Below, piece by piece: positions 55,946 to 64,000 of a DNA stretch of 64,000 nt. This stretch comes from the human T2T-CHM13v2.0 reference genome, Homo sapiens. The number at the start of each line of letters is the position of its first letter. The stretch's first letter is position 1. Made by a program: the position numbers and the translations under genes. Location of the stretch: assembly GCF_009914755.1 (NCBI RefSeq), contig NC_060925.1, one strand, 5' to 3'. The notes beneath the pieces are model-generated. The model had not been told where the DNA came from. It saw only the letters and a program-made list of their open reading frames with translations, and did no database searches.

Positions 55946-56971
55946 ATGGGGAGAGACCAGTGCAGAAAAGCTGAAAATTCTAAAAATGAAAGTGCCTCTT
56001 CTCCTCCAAAGGATCTCAGCTCCTCGCCAGAAATGGAACAAAGCTGGACAGAGAATGACTTTGATGAGTTGATAGAAGTAGGCTTCAGAAGGTCAGTAAT
56101 AAAAAACTTCTCCGAGCTAAAGGAAGATGTTCAAACCCATCACAAGGAAGCTAAATACCTTGAAAAAAGATTAGACAAATGGCTAACTGGAATAAACAGT
56201 GTAGAGAAGACCTTAAATGACCTGATGGAGCTGAAAACCATGGCATGAGAACTACGTGACACATGCACAAGCTTCAGTAGTTGATTTGATCAAGTGGAAG
56301 AAAGGGTATCAGTGATTGAAGATCAAATTAATGAAATGAAGTGAGAAGAGAAGCTTAGAGAAAAAAAGAGTAAAAAGAAATGAACAAAGCCTCCAAGAAA
56401 TATGGGACTATGTGAAAAGACGAAATCTACGTTGATTGGTGTACCTGAAAGTGACAGGGAGAATGGAATCAAGCTGGAAAACAGTCTTCAGGATATTATC
56501 CAGGAGAACTTCCCCAACCTAGCAAGGCAGGCCAATATTCAAATTCAGGAAATACACAGAACACCACAAAGATACTTCTCGAGAAGAGCAAGCCCAAGAC
56601 ACATAATTGTCAGATTCACCAAGGTTGAAATGAAGGGAAAAAGGTTAAGGGCAGCCAGAGAGAAAGATTGGGTTACCCACAAAGGGAAGCCCATCAGACT
56701 AACAGCGGATCTCTCAGCAGAAACTCTATAAGCCAGAAGAGAGTGGGAGCTAATATTCAACATTCTTAAAGGAAAGAACTTTCAACTCAGAATTTCATAT
56801 CCAGCCAAACTAAGCTTCATAAGTGAAGGAGAAATAAAATCCTTTACAAAAAAGCAAATACTGAGAGATTTTGTCACCACCAGGCCTACCTTAAAAGAGC
56901 TCCTGAAGGAAGCACTAAACATGGAAAGGAAAAACCAGTACCAGCCACTGCAAAAACATGCCAAATTGTAA
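55946..56971 (+). pseudogene. L1 ORF1, disrupted
   Basis: MGRDQCRKAENSKNESAS...; premature stops at 56248 and 56731 plus frameshifts. Confidence 0.93.
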
Positions 56972-57034
56972 AGATCATCAATGCTAGGAAGAAACTGCAT
57001 GAACTAATTAGCAAAATAACCAGCTAACATCATA

Positions 57035-60863
<3,829 letters not shown>

Positions 60864-61074
60864 ACAATGAAAACACTTGGACACTGGGCGGGGACATCAC
60901 ACACTGAGGCCTGTTGGGGGTGGGGGGCTGGGAGATGGATAGCATTAGTAGAAATACCTAATATAAATGACAACTTAATGGGTGCAGCAAACCAACACGG
61001 CATGTGTATACATATGTAACAAACCTGCACGTTGTGCACATGTACCTAGAACTTAAATATAATTAAAAAGAAAA

Positions 61075-61773
61075 AAAAAGTCAGGAAACAGCAGGGGCTG
61101 GAGAGGATGTGGAGAAATAGGAACACTTTTACACTGTTGGCGGGAGTGTAAACTAGTTCAACCATTGTGGAAGACAGTGTGGTGATTCCTCAAGGATCTG
61201 GAACTAGAAATACCATTTGACCCAGCGATCCCATTACTGGGTATATACCCAAAGGATTTTAAATCATGCTACTATAAAGACACATGCACATGTATGTTTA
61301 TTGCAGCACTATTCACAATAGCAAAGATTTGAAACCAACCCAAATGTCCACCAGTTCTAGACTGGATTAAGAAAATGTGGCACATATACACCTTGGAATA
61401 TTATGCAGCCATAAAAAAGGATGAGTTCATGTCCTTTGTAGGGACATGGATGAAGCTGGAAACTATCATTCTCAGCAAACTATTGCAAGGACAGAAAACC
61501 AAGCACTGCATGTTCTGACTCATAGGTGGGAATTGAACAATAAAAACACCTGGACACAGGGCAGAGAACATCACACAGTGGGGCCTGTTATGGGGTGGGG
61601 GGATGGGGGAAGGTTAGCATTAGGAGAAATACCTAATGTAAATGACGAATTAATGGGTGCAGCAAACCAACATGGCACACGAATACACATGTAACAAACC
61701 TGCACATTGTGCACATGTACCCTAGAACTTAAAGTATAATAAAAATAAATAAATAAATAAAAATAAAAATAAA
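61075..61773 (+). mobile_element. Second, tandem L1PA 3' end
   Basis: Restarts at aaaaagtcaggaaac right after the first A-tail and runs to a second tail. Confidence 0.93.
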
Positions 61774-62220
61774 GTAGCCTACTATATAGGACCTTAAGTC
61801 ATGAAAAGACCTGGATTTAGCCTCTGGAACAAATGCTAATTACCCACTAAGAAACAGCTAAACCTATTTAAAAAAAAGTCAACATCAGATGAACTTAAAA
61901 GATGTATCTTAATAATAAACTGAACTTTTCTGATAGTTGTCAGAATCATAAGGTAGAATTTAATTCCTAAGTGAAAAGCTGAAGTAATTTCAGGGAGATA
62001 GGAGTTTTAACAAAATCAAACTAAAATATATTTAACATAAACATCTATTTGGCAGGAGGTTTTTTAAAGACAAATGAAAGCTAAATTTTAACAATTTATA
62101 GAGAGAAATGTATAAATTTAAAAACTGATATTTAAAATCATGCTCAAATTACAACAGATTAACATCATTACTTAGCCTAATTAATTCAATTAAGTTACTT
62201 TTCACCATTCAAAAAATAAT

Positions 62221-62352
62221 AACTAAATGAAGAAGAAGGCAGTAATGGAGAAACTGAGAGACAAAAAAAGCTATAGGCACATAGGAAACAAATAGCAAAA
62301 GAGCAGAGGTCTCTCCTTATAATAACTTTTACTGTAAGTAGATTAAACTCTC
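62221..62352 (+). mobile_element. Resumption of the host L1M (inter-ORF to ORF2 start)
   Basis: aactaaatgaagaagaaggcagtaatggag...aaacaaatagcaaaa...gtaagtagattaaactctc. Confidence 0.75.
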
Positions 62353-64000
62353 TGCTATGGTTTGAATATAATTTGCTCCCCCACTAAAACTCATGTTGAG
62401 GCTTGATCTTCAATGCAATATTGTTGGGAGGTGAAGCCTAGTAGGAAATGTTTGGGTCATGGGAGTGGATCCCTCATAAATAGCATGCCATGTTTTGGTA
62501 ATGAGCTCTCAGTCTCATGGGACTGGATCGGTTACCATGAGAGTGGGTTGTTGTAAAGCAGGGCTGCATCTCATATTTGCACTTTTTGCACGTCTGCCTA
62601 CTTTCTGCTTCACCATAATATTGTGACACAACTTGTGGCCCTCACCAGAAGCCCAGCAGATGCCAGCCAGTACCATAGTTTTGGACTTTCCAGCCACCAG
62701 AATTGTGAGCCAAATAAATCTCTTTCCTTTATAAGCTACATAGCCGCAGGTATTCAGTTATAGCAACACTAAACAAAGACAGAAAATTGGTACTGAGGAA
62801 TGAGGTGTTGCTATACAGATATCTAAAAATGTGCAGTAGCTTTAGAATTGGGTAACTAGTAGAGGCTGAAAGAGGAACAGTCTAGAAAAAGCCTAGATTC
62901 TAATGAAGGCTTAGAAGACAAGAAGACTAGAGAAAGTCTGGAACTCCTTAGAGATTCATTAAGTGGTTGTGACCAAAATGCTGACAGAAATATGGAAAGT
63001 AAAGTCTGTTCTTTTGAGATCTCAGATGGAAATAGGAAATATCTTATTGGAAACTGCCATAAAAGGCATTCTTGTTACACATTCATAAACAAAGAAACAA
63101 AAAAAACTTGGGTGCATTGTCTCCATCCCCTAGGGCTTTATGGAAGGCAGAATTTAAGAGTGATGAACTAGTATATCTAGAGGAAGGAATATCCAAGCAG
63201 CAAAGCATGCAGGAAGCAGCATGGTTATTTTTAACTGCTTACAATGAATTACAGGAGCAAAGGATAATCTATAGGCAAAATGTACACTTAAAAGGGAAAT
63301 AACATAAAAATTTGGAAAATTCTCAGCCTGGCCATGTGGTAGAGAATGAAAGAGCATATTTAGGAGAAGAATCCAACAGTGCATCTGAGAAACTGGTTGT
63401 TAAAGGGATTAGTACTGATAGACAAAAAAGCCAATAGCTAATTGTGAAGACAATGAGGAAAAGACCCAAAAAGTATTTCAGAAATCTTAAGAGGTTGCCC
63501 CTCCCATCACAGGCCCAGAGGCATAGGAGGAAAGAATGGCTTTGGGAGATGGGCCTAGGGCACCTTCCATAGGTTTGCTGCCCAGGGTTGCCTTGGGATG
63601 CTGCTCCCCATATCTTGACCATTCTGGCTGCTCCAGCAATGTCACAAGCAGCCCCAGGTATGGCTTGGGCCACCACTCTAAAGAGTGCAGATGGTAAGCC
63701 TTGGAAACATCTACATCCATGTGGTGCTAATTCCGAAGGTGTGCATAATGCAAGAGCAGCAGAGGCATGGCTGCCTCCACCAATATTTCAAAGGATGCTG
63801 CAGAAAGCCTGCGTGCCCAGGCAGAAGCTTCCCCCAAGGGATAAAGCTGCCACAGAGAGTCCCTACCAGGGCAATGCCTAGTGGAAATGTGGGAGTGGGG
63901 CCACTGCCCTCAAGACCCCAGAATGCCACCAGCAGCATTCAGTGCCTACCAGGAAAAGCTACAGGCACTGGACTCCAAGGTGTACAAGCAGCCACATAAG
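62353..64000 (+). mobile_element. MST (MSTB/C-like) LTR plus internal region, running off the window
   Basis: LTR at 62353-62781 (tgctatggtttgaat...aagaca) followed by gaaaattggtact and MaLR internal sequence. Confidence 0.88.

Noticed and set aside
61771-61780. aaagtagcct as a degenerate TSD partner of aaactaggct (54957-54966)
   Set aside because: Two mismatches in ten, and the host L1M resumes only at 62221; it remains the main alternative to the transduction model.

Overview
Primate (AluY-bearing, most likely human) intergenic DNA with no supportable intact cellular protein-coding gene, rRNA or tRNA. Most of the window is transposable-element sequence: Alus, L1 fragments of many ages, L2/MIR, MaLR and ERV1 LTRs, a complete THE1 element, an internally deleted HERV-L provirus and a degenerate full-length L1PA. 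The only cellular-gene-derived sequence I recognise is a processed MRPS21 retrocopy with an open 87-codon frame. I found no new biological system. The best observations concern genome rearrangement: (1) a probable ~1.1 kb L1 3' transduction with a doubled L1 3' end; (2) target-site duplications (TSDs) showing the MRPS21 retrocopy came from a long-3'UTR isoform ending at an L1-derived poly(A) site; (3) two deletion junctions with hairpin or locally copied filler DNA. Repeat subfamily names come from remembered consensus sequences and need RepeatMasker/Dfam confirmation. TSDs and junction sequences were read directly from the window.
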